64,000 nt of DNA from Lytechinus pictus (lineage: Eukaryota). The translations under genes were made by a program, and so were the position numbers. The notes beneath the pieces are model-generated. The model saw only the letters and a list, made by a program, of their open reading frames with translations, searched no databases and was not told the DNA's origin. This document shows, one piece after another, positions 50,729 to 62,823 of this stretch (its first letter is position 1; each line of letters opens with the position of its first letter). The DNA lies in NCBI RefSeq assembly GCF_037042905.1, contig NC_087251.1, positions 35,218,001 through 35,282,000 of the forward strand. The letters run 5' to 3'.

Positions 50729-53700
50729 ATATACATATAAATATATGTGTGAGGGTGTGTGTGTGTGTATATATTACATATATATATGTACTGTATAAAT
50801 TTAGTACATACACTGCATAATTTATATATATAACATGTATAAATGTATTTATATGTATATATATATATATATACATATATATACTGTATATACAGTATAT
50901 ATTTAGTACATACATGTTTCAATAATGAAAACAAAATATTCCAAGTATAACTTATATTATATAGAATAATTATATGTATGTTTATCATTATGATTGAAAA
51001 TGTGTGCTTATTATTTTGTTATACATAGTAAAATGCTGTTTGAAATTTTTATACAACGCTTTACTTTTTTACCTTACAGTAGTTTAAACGGTTTAAACAA
51101 TCGTAAAAAAAATTAATTTAATTAACAATAAAGTTGTTATACAACTTGTGTAAAGTTCTTAATATTTAAAAGTTTTATAAAGTATTAGACAGCGTTTTTA
51201 TTGTATACTTTTGTTATCAAAATGTGGAAATAAAACAATATCAAATCAAATCCTTTATTAATTCCAGTCGAAAATGATACTATCAATAATATTGGCCCCT
51301 TTATTATATTCTAATGGAATATGATAAATACCATAATGAGATTAGCAAATCCTATTAATGATAGGCCTTAATTTGTCGATAAAGTCTTTTTTCTTATGAA
51401 AGAAAAAAAAATCGAACAACGAGACCATACATTTTATCATAACTCTTGCAATACAGGGAAGAGATGGATTCGATGGTCGATCCTCCACCAAGCCCGTCCT
51501 CGGTTGATCAAGCCAGGCGCCATCTACGTCTATGCAAAGCTATTTTCCTTTGCATTCCCTATGCTGCCAATGTAGGTGGGACGGGATCTTTAGTTGGTAC
51601 CCCAGCGAATGTGGTCTGCGTTGCTGTTGTTGAAAGGTATAGAAAAGTTCCCAAAACCTTACATATTCCATGGCACCTGCTCCGGCGACAATTAAGTGCA
51701 TGGATATAATAACGATCCAAGTCAATCTCTTTTACCTCTACCATTTTTACCTTTGTCATTATTACGTCTATCATTTTTACCTCTGCCATTATTACCTTTG
51801 CCCTTTTTACAATAAACCGTTTTAGCTGTTCCACAGTAATTTTTTTTTCTTTTGTATCAAGCTTTTGTAGCCTTTCACAATTAAATCAACATGGTACTTG
51901 AATGTCAAAGTATCATCAATTATCAAACCCAAACATTTGTGTTGTGATACACAATCTAAAATAGTTTCATTGTTTTTTAACAGATAATGTGTCACCCTGC
52001 AAAGTTCATAATCACTGCCGAGAACCAAGAAACACTTCTTTGGGGTTTTTATTGTCTAGTATCATTCTGTTTTACATGTCTAGTCATAGACTTCATTCAT
52101 TGCAGAGTTCAGTTGATTTTCGTCAGTTCCATAGTACTACCACAAACATACAGAGTTGCATCGTGAGCAAACATAATAATCTTTCCTGATTTAATACTAG
52201 AAGCCAGGGCCCGTATTCCATAAACAAGATAAGCTTTTTGCTTAAGTCTTAGCAATTTGTCTTAGCATTTTGCTTGTCTAAGAAATCTTCCCTAACGATA
52301 TTCTATAAACTTTAAGACATTTGTCTCAAGTCAGGCGATATGGCTAAGCCAAAGTCTCAAATTCTATGACCTTCAGCGACCTTCTCAATAATAAATTGCT
52401 GCAGGGGTGACTGCAACAAACTTGCAAAAATGTAACTGAAGTTGTTTTTTTCTGAAAACTTTGGATTTTATTGAAACTAATTACACCTATTGTAGTAAGA
52501 GAAGAGCATTTATCACCCATATATGGTAAGAACTTTTTATTAAACCTGTCTATATTTTGTTAATTACCAAAACATTTCAATCCCAAACCGAGTGACTTGC
52601 ACAGTTTTTTTGTGTATCAGTCCCATTTATTACTTTTCATGTATTGTTATTTGTTTGTCAAAATATAAACTATATATTCCTCTCGACAGTTTACTTTAAC
52701 TTCAGTTTAAGTAGACCTAGGCCCCCTAAGGGAATTTTTTTTTGTAACTTTTGAGACTAGTCTTGGGTCTAACATTAGGCCTAGATCTAGCCTAGGCCCA
52801 ATATCTATAAAATATCCGTCTGTTTTGAGGAGAATTGAACATTGTTTTGACTTTTTTACTTTCATGAAGGCTGCAAAACGTAACTTTGTTACAATGTTAT
52901 TGTTAGTCTAGTGGGATGCCATAGTGGAGCAACCGAGACTGAAGCTACATATAGTACATAGATCTAGACCTAAATAGTATTGGTCTAGGCCTAGAACAAC
53001 ATTCGGGACTAAGCCTGGCTTAGCCTTACTTAGGACAGGGATAGATTTACATGTAGGACTATCTGACTTGGTTAAAGTTAGACCAAAACCTTCAGTCTCC
53101 GACTGTATTTTGGGTTTTCTGCTAAACTCACGTACGTGCACGTTACACGCAGTCAATGGAAAGTATATGTGTCGCGCCATCTTGGTTAATTTCACCACTA
53201 CGTTGCGAGAGGGCGCTCGTCAAATTTTACCAAAAAAAATCGTAAGAGACAGGCTCGTAATTATGAGGTGACTTTAGGCCACAATAATTAATTTAGGGAT
53301 GGTCCGGCAAATAAGTCGTGTCGATTTTCGAATTTAGGAATGTATAACGAATCAATACATATAACATTCATCAATACTCATGATGTTTAATGAGTAAAAC
53401 AAAGCCTTCTTCCCCGGCGTCGCACGTCCTCCCGAGTTACGGTGGTGCTCTTGCACATTTTGGGTATAGTTCAAATCATCAATAATATCTCGATTCTGCA
53501 ACTTATTGTATCCTAATTTCATGATTTTTTGTATTATTTAGGTCATTTGCAACACTTTATTCATTGACAATTACAAGTGTTAATTTCAAACTTTCCCGCT
53601 ATTGAGTCTTGAATCTACCCTTGTCCGCAGGCCCCTATAGTGTGTACTGTGTCATTATGTGTGTGTCTATGGAGCACCACATCCCAAATCTTACAAAATC

Positions 53701-54446
53701 GTGCTGATTCTGTGGCATTAAAATACCTAGTAAGACAAAGAGAGTTCCAGTTTTGAATTTTCCTGAAAAATTTACCAGAAAATTAAAGCTAAAAGAGCAA
53801 TATTGTGATGAAAAGGATGTACACCCCTACCCCTCCCCTTGCCCCACATCCACATGTGTAGCTGTGCCAATATACTCAATCACAAAGAAATTATATGATT
53901 GGTTTTATATTTTTGCAGCAGGAAATAATAATAATGATAATAATAACAATTAAAATAAAATAATAATTATAAATAAATTAATGACAATGATAATAATAAT
54001 CATAATGGCTGTTCAATGTAACTTCTTCCACTGGCTGTTATTCCTTCAATCATTTTGCCAATTTGTACTTGTTTATGTAAAAATCATGTTTATTATTTAT
54101 TGCTATTATAATGTAAATGTTGCAATTTTGTAGTTTGATTCTTTTTTTATTTTGTGTTAGTATTTATATAAATGTTTTTCATGGTAATGTTATATGTTTA
54201 TCACGAGTGGAGTTGGAGGTAGCTTATGTCTCTTATTTTCCCTTGGAAACTTTGAGGAGAAATTTATTAAATGAATTTAATGTTTAAAACTCTTCATCTG
54301 GCTGGCCCCTATTAAAAAAATTTACAACACATTATAGATATTGAATTTCAAATATTATTATACGAAAGGTAAACAGAACAATGTAGACCTGTATTGAAGG
54401 CAAGTGAACAACACAATTTCATAAAGCAAATTAATCTTCCTTTATG

Positions 54447-54478
<32 letters not shown>

Positions 54479-57400
54479 TACTGGTCTTGTAAGTTTTAAT
54501 ACAATCATTGAGTTTTTAATGTAGACAATCATAATGTTGCCCCCCCCCCTCATTTCTACACATTCTGATTAACTCTCAACATGCAAGGAAAATATGCTCA
54601 TTGTGGTAATCTTGTTAAAATACAATTTTTATCAAACTAAAAACAAAACTAAACATGCATGCTCTTCATCAGTAGCCAGGGCATGAACATTCTTACCTGA
54701 AACAAAATCTGTTTCTGAAGCATGCGAACCATGTTTGCTTGCTCCTGGCTAGACAGATTACTCCTGGTAAACTCTGAACCGAATATGATTATGGATTCAG
54801 CGGTCATGATAAGAAAATTAATATGAAGTAATATTAAATAAAATTAAAAAAAATATTCTTGTTCATACCACAATCTCAATTACAGTAAATAACCATACGA
54901 AATTACTTGAAAGAAAATTTATATTCGATGAGAAAAGAGCAAAATAATTGTAATCATTTCTAATCACTCTTCATGCTGTCCACTACGTGTGTTTTGCAAA
55001 ATATTCAAGATTTAGCAGATGTCAGAAACATATGTGAAAAAAGGAAAATGCTGATAAATCAATTTCTGATCTCTAGTCAAGGCAACAATATGTACCCAGA
55101 TCAATCTCTTTATTCACTGTATTGATGAGGTAATTTTGATTCAGACCCAAACAGCAAGATATCAATGAGAAACATGTGCGTATATCATGATGAATAGGCT
55201 ATCTTGACAGAAGAGCCCTCAACGCACGTACCCTTCTGGCCTTAACCCCAAGAAAGAGAGCGAGAGAGATGGTAGTGATCGAGATGAAATAAAGAAAGTT
55301 TTGTATCAAAGATCTATAAAAAAAAATTGCATTAAATGTTAATGCAGATATGGGGTTGTCTAATTTTAAAGAAAATCATTGAAAATGCCCCGGACTGATC
55401 CCCCACCCCCGCCCCCTCCCCCGTGTGGACGTGGACCTGGCCTGGTCAGCGAGCAACTCAACTATCAAGTACCGTTGACCTGGCGTTGAGCACAAAAATA
55501 CAAAGGTAAGATGGATCTAACTGAACATTATTTAATCGGCATAATGGAAGATATTAACAGTCAATTGCCTTGGCTTGACTTGCACAATCAGTCGCGAGTT
55601 GGAGCAGTTCACCTATTTCAGCTCAGTCACTCACTTTGAATATTGAATTTGAAAGCGTGTTTGTATCTCAAACTGGTTAAAATTCACAAATGATATTCAT
55701 GAATACATATATTATTGATATGCCTACAGATTTGAATCTTACAACATTTAGTTATATTTTGAAAGGATCATGAATAACTATGAGTAGGTTAAATTTCAAT
55801 GTAACGCGGAAAGTCCAATATGGGACTACACAGGCCACCGCGTTCCAGGGAAAATCGAGGCCGCTACGCACGGGCGCCTAAGAAGGCAGCGTACGGTGAA
55901 ATTCACATGTTGGCGGCTTTATCTATCGTTAGTTTTTATTAAAAAACATATTTATTAGCAACATTATTTCAAAAGCCACCCAAATATTAACGATTGAAAT
56001 GTATTCTTTTGAATCCTTCGAGCGATAATTCTAAATATCCCTTACTTTCCAAAAAATCGTCCTCCAGAGATACATATGTCAAATCTCACAATATTTCACT
56101 CTGAATTTGCTGTTCTTCACATGGCACTGCAGCCTCAGGATGAATTTAACACTTGTAATTGTAAATGAGAAAAAGATCGGGGTGATCATTTAGAATAATA
56201 TATTTTTTGAAAGAATTAATAAAAAAGTTGCAGTTTTTTTATATGATTGACTAAAATATATCTATTTTAAATTAATTTTTTTAATGAGAAAAATGGGTCA
56301 TTTAAAGCGATATTTTAATTTATTTTTCAACTAAGAACCATAACAAAATATATATGATATGAAAGAGGGTAAAAATCTCTTTTATAATCATGCATATTCA
56401 TATTTTGTAAGGGAACGATGGTTGTGATTGGCTCAGATTTCATGAGACCAAAAAAGGATCCAGCAATCAGCGCGAAGTTTGACGAAATGGAAAATTAATG
56501 GCGGCGCCCATAAGATTTCCGGGTTGCACGTACGTGAACTACGAGTAAGACACTTGACAGTCCAACATTACGTTGGCCTAGACCCTAATCTCACCAATGT
56601 GACATGACAGTAAATGTCAGAAACTTTTAAATAAATCCCCAGAAACGACGGTTATTCCTGTCTACAGTGCTAGACCTATCGCTATGCATTGCTTGCCAAC
56701 TACGCCTAAACTTAGATCTAATCCTGACCTAGACATCTATGTAAAAAAGTTAGATCTAACTAAGTTAGATCTACTTCTTTTAATTTTAGGTCCATCTGTT
56801 TGTTCGGAGGAGTTTTTATTTTATACATTTTGGGGAGTTTGTTTAGATCTAGGTTTCTACAAAACAGGCCTAAAGTAAAACCTAGACCAACAGCTCAGTC
56901 TAGACTGGGGCCTAGATTTATATAAAAATTTAGTTAAGATCTAGGCGGCCTAGCCTAGTATGGCTATGCTTTCTTTTATTCATTCCAGATTCTATTTCTA
57001 GCCTAGTCGGTAGCCCTAACGTTGGCTGATCTAGTCAGACTAGTCTACTGTTTGATCTAGAATCTCTAACGTAGGCCTAGATATAGACTAAATGACTAAG
57101 ACTAAAAGTTAGACCCTATCTAGATCTAGAAGTAGAATTATATCAATCTAAGTAATAGGTCGAGATCTAGAGTAGAGACTTGTAGACTCTATCAAAACAG
57201 GCCTATAGATTCTAGTTCTAAAAAATAGTAAATGTAGGCTAGTCTAGATCTATTCATCTAACATTAGGCCTGAAAAAGGAAGTAAGCTAGGGATATATAG
57301 CATTGGATTATTTCTAGGACTGACGGATCTTGATCTTTGGCTTAAATCTAAAGCTAGGGGCTGTAGTTTGAGATCTAGAGGTCTAGCCCCCCCCCCCCCC

Positions 57401-60400
57401 ACCCTAAAATTAAAAACGATAACTAAGCCCACAGCTACATGTAGTTTTCTATGTAGCCAAACAAAAGTTAGGATTGACCACTGTCTTAATCTTATTTTGG
57501 CGTATGATATGTTGTTACCTTGGCAACACGATTTCTGATACAAACAAAAATATTCTCGCACATTTTCAACTCAAGACTGATGTGTGTCAAATTTCATGAG
57601 CATTGGTTGGAAAGAGATGAAGGAATTCAAACTACAAGATTTTCACCTTATTTGCGTTAAATAATATGTTGTTACCATGGCAACACGATTTTTGATACAG
57701 GCAAAAATATGTCTTAGACATCTTCAACTCAAGACTAATGTGTATGCCAAATTTTTAGGAGAATAGACCAGTTGAAAACTGATAAAGTAATTCAATCACA
57801 AGATTTTCATTTATTTTTGGTATTTTATTTGTTACCATGGCAACACATTTTGTTATATAGGCATGAAATATGTTTTGCACATTTTCACATCAAGACTAAT
57901 GTTTGTGCCACATTTCATGAAAATTGGTTAAAAACTAGAGAAATAGTTGGAACAGCGAGATTTATACATAATTTTGCCATAATATACCGTTACCATGGCA
58001 ACACATTTTCCGACTCATGCAAAAATGTGTCTTGCACATCTTTTCCTCAAATCCAATGTGTGAGCCAACTTTCATGAGAATTGGTATAAAACTAATGAAG
58101 TATTTTAAGCGGCAAAATTTGGGCCATAATATATTGTTACCATGGCAACACAATATCTGAAAAAGAAAAAAGAGAATAAAATCTTCCACCTCCTTACCTT
58201 AAGACTAATGTGTGTTCCAAATTTCATGAAAATCGGTTTAAAAATGAGGTAGGAGCTCGAAATGCAATATAGGTATAAATTCTAAAATTTTGTTGGCTGA
58301 AATTGCCTTGAAACTACAACAATTAAGACAGCTCACAACTGTCTTAAAGTTAGGGCTAAATTCTTAGCCATGTTGTATTTATGAAATACAGAATCTGCAG
58401 TTTTAAGAAAAGTTACTTAGCCATTCATCCTATATCTGTCTTAGTTGCGCAAAACCTCTTAGCCAAATTCTAAGACAAAATTCTTAGCCAATTCTTTATG
58501 GAATACGCGTTTTGGCTAAGAATTTTTATCTTAGACAGAAAATAAGACAAAATGCTTAGATTTTTTACTTAAGCATACTTATCTCGTTTATGGAATACGG
58601 GCCCAGATCACTAAAACCCCCATTCCACAGACAACAAGACCTCTGAAAGATTGCCCTAAGAACAAGAAACTTGCTTGATCTTTAAAAGGTCCTTAAATCA
58701 ACTTTCAAAGATCTCCGAGGTCTTTCACGATTCCTGATGGATCTTTCAGTAGTCTTCATGGTCCTTATGAGTCCCAAAACTTTTTGAACGGTTCAAAACA
58801 GTCTTTCAGCGGTCTTTCAGCAAAAAAAGTATTTTGGTTGTCTTTTAGTGGTCTTTCTGTGTTCTTTCGAAGTTCTTTTCGTGTTTCCATGTCTCTCAAG
58901 ATTTTTGCGGAGATCACTGTTAGACTCGTGAGAGATCATTGTAAGATCTCTGAAAGACCATTGAAAGATAACAACAGGACTTGCCTTAGTCCAGTAAGAC
59001 AAAAAGTATCTTTGAGGAGTCTTTCTGAGCCATTCCACAGAGATGACAAATTTCAGTGATCTTGGAGACTGATGTAAGACCTTGCCAATTATTGGACTTT
59101 CAAAGGTCCTTCAAAGGTCTCTCCTAGGTGGAATGGGAGCCTAATATAAATTTAAAATGATAGAGGCCCTAAAACTGAGCCTTGTGGAATCTCTAGAAGA
59201 GGCTGACTTTATATTAGATTTGCCACCTCTTATTTCGTGCATTTTCCCTAAAACATTCATATACTCAATTCTAGTCCCACGGACGTGATGGAAAATATGC
59301 CTAAAGCAGGAGAAGGCCTATAATAACAGAATAATGATAATAATAATACATTGTATTTATATAGCGCTTAATACATGATGTTTCTAAGCGCTTAACAAAA
59401 CGATTAAATAGCATACATTAATATAATTGAACATTTAACAAACAAGAAAGGAAATGTACAGTGTAAAGTATTATCATATTACAAATTACAAATTAGGTAA
59501 TAAAACGGCCTACTCAAGTTGGGAAATACAAAAAAATGATAATAATAAAAGCAATGATGTTAATTAAATAGTTCGAATACAATAAGTAAAGCAAAATGAA
59601 TTATTAGAAATACAATGACATATGAATTATGTTCGAATAATGAAGCAGTGCAATAGCTATACTTCAACAAAAAATAAAGGAATAATCTTTTGATATTGAC
59701 AAGATTAAACTTAAAACTTAAAGGAAGAATTGTAAAGGTAAGTTTTGAGGGAAGCTTTGAATGATTCGAATGTCACCACTCGTCTCGGGAAATACAAACA
59801 GGTATTAAATAAGTCTGTAGATTTGTTTAATGATTATGAACTAGGTAAAATCAATTACCATCTTTATTACTCTTTGGAGAAATATTACATTATGCCTGGT
59901 GAATTTGATCAAAACAAACAAACAAACACATTTCGATAATTCACAATGGTTCCATACAACATTAAGGTTCACCTTTAAACAAATATTTGGTTTCACAAAG
60001 ATTAAAATGATTCAAACATATGACCTTAGGAATTCGTTGCAATTTCTTTGTATAGAAAAGAAAATATAAAATACAATTTTTTTGAAGTATGATGCAATTC
60101 TTGATACACTAACAGCAGTATTAAAGAGTCACATTTGCGATGAATACGTACAGGTTAGCAGTCTGTGGATGATTTAATATCATTTTTTTAGCTGTTGGCA
60201 TGACATCGATCTTGTCAAGCTCATCGTGGGCTACGACGTCTTCAAGGGGTGGTCGAATAAACCCACTAGCAGTGCCGAGGAAGATTTCCTCCAGTCATTG
60301 ATCATGCAGACAAAACTGGTTCCACAAATGGCGGCCTAGTATCACAGGCTTACCAATGAATGAGACTGTGGGAAGGGGTATTACGGTTTCTGTTAGTTCT

Positions 60401-62434
60401 TCTTTTACATAACTATACTATATTCGATTTATCTTTCAGTCAAGAAAATATAACAACAAAAACAAAATACTTCTTAAATTGTTTTCTCTCTCCAAAAAAA
60501 AATTCACAACAAAAATCACAATCAATGTGGTATACATACTTCATACCCAATCCACTGATACGTAGAAAACTGAATATTCCATGTTGGGGGGGGGGGGGTT
60601 ATGACAGAAGTAATCATTATTTGTCCTACGTCGCATTTACAGTACGGTAGTAAAACTCATTCGTCGCATTTGGACAAAATAACAATATTGACAACTTTTC
60701 GAAAATCCTAACATGTATATAGAACAAATGAGCATTCAAGTTACAATTCAGGGTAAAATGTTTACATGTAAATGCTTCCATCCTTTCAGCAGCAATTGCA
60801 TGTGTATAATATAGATTGAATGATAAGCCAGTTCAACTTACGTTTATCTCGTCGAAACAATAGTGTAAAAACCTTGCAGAACAAGCGTTGGCGTGGTCCT
60901 TGTAGTGACTTGGTTCTGACGGCTATTAAACGGAAAAACATTAGATTCTGACAAGAAATCTCCATAGCCTTTTTACCTCACTTCCCACTACACCACGCCC
61001 TGGACTCACTTGTCCTGCACTCACACGTACGGCCTTTCCTGTACACGGCTTTTAGCATTCTGCCTACGTGGCGCGAATAATGCTCACCCTGACGTAGCGA
61101 CAGCGAATCATTGTACGCATGGACGCATCGCATTCCAATACTAGTGTCCTGATTAAACGCACGCAGCGGCGAACTTTGACAACGGGGCATCCCTCAATTA
61201 TATGGGAAGGTCATTCCAAAGCTTTGGAGCATCAACACTAAATGCTCGGTTCCCATACCTTGTCCGAGCTCTGGGTCCTTGGGCCAGTTGCAGATGAATA
61301 TGTGTGGAAGATCGGAGTCGTATGGAGGTTGTTGGGATCCTGGGTGAGAGAAGGTCGGTGATATAAGAAGGGGCTTGACCATGTTGGGTTTTGTAAGTTA
61401 GAATCAAGATTTTGAAGATGATACGTGCAGAGACAGGAAGCCAGTGAAGAGAACGGAGGATAGGGGTGATGTTGTCGTGCTTTCTGGAACGCGTTACAAG
61501 CCGAACAGCCGTGTTCTGGATACGTTGGAGAGGTTGGATAAGAGAGTCTGGTAAACCGCAAAATAAGCTATTGCAGTAGTCCAAATTTTATGACACGAAT
61601 GCATGAACTAATCGTTCAGTTGCACTTTGGTTCAGATACTTTCTTATTTTCCCTATCCTTGAAATTCCCAAAGCTGCTGCTCGAGACTTAGAACGGATGT
61701 GGTCAGCCATGGTGAGATTCTTATCAAGCATCACACCAAGATCACGGGAGACTTTATTACATCTGACGGACGTTACATCTCCAATCTGCAGTACGGGGAG
61801 ATCCCGAGCACCTCTGAACCTGGAGAAGACATGTAGAACCTCAGTTTTAGAGTCATTAAATTGGAGATTGCTCCGTAGTGACTAGTCCTTAACATCTGCT
61901 ATACATTGCTGTAACTTGTGGAGGCCAACATCATGTTCGTCAGGTCTGTTGACAGCATACAACTGAATGCAAAGTAAAATAAAAATGTTGATATTAAGGT
62001 TAGAGATGTTAAGAAAAAGAAGGTATGCGTACGTTTTTATTCTATAACTAATTTTTTTTTTTTCGGATACGTGTAGTGCCATTGCCCTGGAAAATGGATG
62101 TTGATTAAAGCAATGCGGCCATGACATTTCATCATTTAGCGTATCGTGAATCTCAAACAGTCATTAAAGTTATTATGGAGAAGGATTAGTCGATTCCCAC
62201 CTTACATTTCCAACTTTGATAGTTCAATATTCCCATACTGCCATCTTGTCTGTTGCAAGATGAAATAGATTATTGAATGTTCTTGACGCATTTCAAAACT
62301 CACATTTTCAGTCTATTCGGTAAGGAGACGGGTCTCAACTTTGGCACTTGGACTCTCTACTGTTATCCACAGATGATTGTATGTATTTTACTCATATGGG
62401 TTTGGCTCCAGTTCATGTATCTACCAAGGAACAG
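42710..62434 (+). CDS. SLC13A5-like: Gene B: tandem SLC13 paralog, exons 1-7 (3' part beyond window)
   Basis: join(42710-42832,43476-43741,48687-48861,49983-50033,50290-50360,51457-51636,62312-62434); open frame, splice sites intact, same phases as gene A. Confidence 0.88.
43210..43402 (-). mobile_element. tRNA(Met-like)-derived SINE in gene B intron 1
   Basis: Minus strand: A box tggcttagtgg, anticodon arm cccgt-ctCATga-acggg, B box ggttcgatcc, then non-tRNA body and (tat/cat)n tail. Confidence 0.7.
43476..43741 (+). CDS. SLC13A5-like: Gene B exon 2 (MGYVAF...FGADPKK)
   Basis: aatag| ... AA|gtaagg; 266 nt. Confidence 0.95.
44025..44141. mobile_element. 117-bp hairpin hAT-like MITE
   Basis: TIR cagtagcgtaccgtga; almost fully palindromic; perfect 8-bp TSD gtcatcac. 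Confidence 0.88.
44909..46093. mobile_element. Harbinger-like MITE (AGCCCCTTTCACAATTG family) with internal 5' duplication
   Basis: TTA TSD on both sides; a second left end at about 45382; inserted inside a small MITE related to 34925-35055. Confidence 0.88.
46227..47568. mobile_element. Tc1-like non-autonomous element with amplified about 200-bp inverted units
   Basis: TIR aactcctcaaaaaagtttggaaatctg / cagatttccaaactttttttgaggggtt; two left units (period 242) and three right units (period 197) that are reverse-complement homologs. Confidence 0.7.
47910..48211. mobile_element. Shorter member of the CCCGGG-TIR MITE family
   Basis: cccggggg..cacttccattga...tcaatggaagtgggccccccggg. Confidence 0.65.
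48687..48861 (+). CDS. SLC13A5-like: Gene B exon 3
   Basis: ttcag| ... AAG|gtgtgg; WMSNTA motif. Confidence 0.9.
49983..50033 (+). CDS. SLC13A5-like: Gene B putative exon 4 ([17 protein letters not shown])
   Basis: tgtag| ... |gtaggt; homolog of 16192-16242. Confidence 0.5.
50290..50360 (+). CDS. SLC13A5-like: Gene B exon 5 ([24 protein letters not shown])
   Basis: actag| ... AG|gtgggt. Confidence 0.8.
51457..51636 (+). CDS. SLC13A5-like: Gene B exon 6
   Basis: tacag| ... AG|gtatag; [15 protein letters not shown]. Confidence 0.92.
52208..58603. mobile_element. 6.4-kb non-autonomous PIF/Harbinger-like element (CAG TSD), specific to gene B
   Basis: Perfect 18-bp TIR ggcccgtattccataaac, extending imperfectly; CAG at 52205-52207 and 58604-58606; subterminal cttag/ctaag repeats; absent from gene A intron 6; no transposase ORF. 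Confidence 0.88.
57500..58260. repeat. Five about 150-160-bp tandem units, each with GTTACCATGGCAAC
   Basis: Motif starts at 57514, 57671, 57831, 57989 and 58136; most units also carry aagactaatgtgtg..aaatttcatga. Confidence 0.8.
58615..59141. mobile_element. Harbinger/Tourist-like MITE shared with gene A (21295-21829)
   Basis: TAA TSD; alignable to the gene A copy over its whole length. Confidence 0.8.
59333..61965 (-). mobile_element. 5'-truncated L2 LINE specific to gene B, interrupted by an insertion of about 1.4 kb (about 59785-61186)
   Basis: ORF 61198-61584 (DYCNSL..LQRIQN..HITPILRSLHWLPV..RI.FKI..LWNDLP) is a typical L2 ORF2 C-terminus; FKASLKTYLY resumes near 59780; 3' end is gcgctatataaat+(tta)n; empty site aacagaatgcaaag in gene A at about 22021. 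Confidence 0.9.
62312..62434 (+). CDS. SLC13A5-like: Gene B exon 7
   Basis: tttcag| ... AG|gttggt; differs from gene A exon 7 at 2 nt. Confidence 0.92.
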
Positions 62435-62823
62435 GTTGGTATAAGATATCATCTATCTTATCGTTTACACAATAAAGCACGTAACCGGGGGTGGGGTTGG
62501 CTTCTGCCCTCCATAAAAAAAGGATATACAACATTTTTCACGTGACAATCAGATTTATGTCTGTTTGTTTTGCTTTTTGCATGGTCAGCCCACCACTGTC
62601 GGCTCAGCACCCTCCTCCCGCTTTAAAAACGCAATTTTATCCTTTAAATTGACATCCATGGCTATTCCACATTGTACCTTGTTGATGTTTCATAAAGCTG
62701 TTCGTATAGTAAGACCACGACTGGTGATCCTTTCTTGTACATGGTATACCGTACACTAAAATGTTCATTGGTGATGGTTAGGCGCGTAAGAAAGGTTCAC
62801 CAGTCATTCTTTAAGTGCTCTTA

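Noticed and set aside
57500..58260. CRISPR-like array of palindromic repeats
   Set aside because: The 'spacers' are homologous to each other and too long; eukaryotic context; no cas genes.
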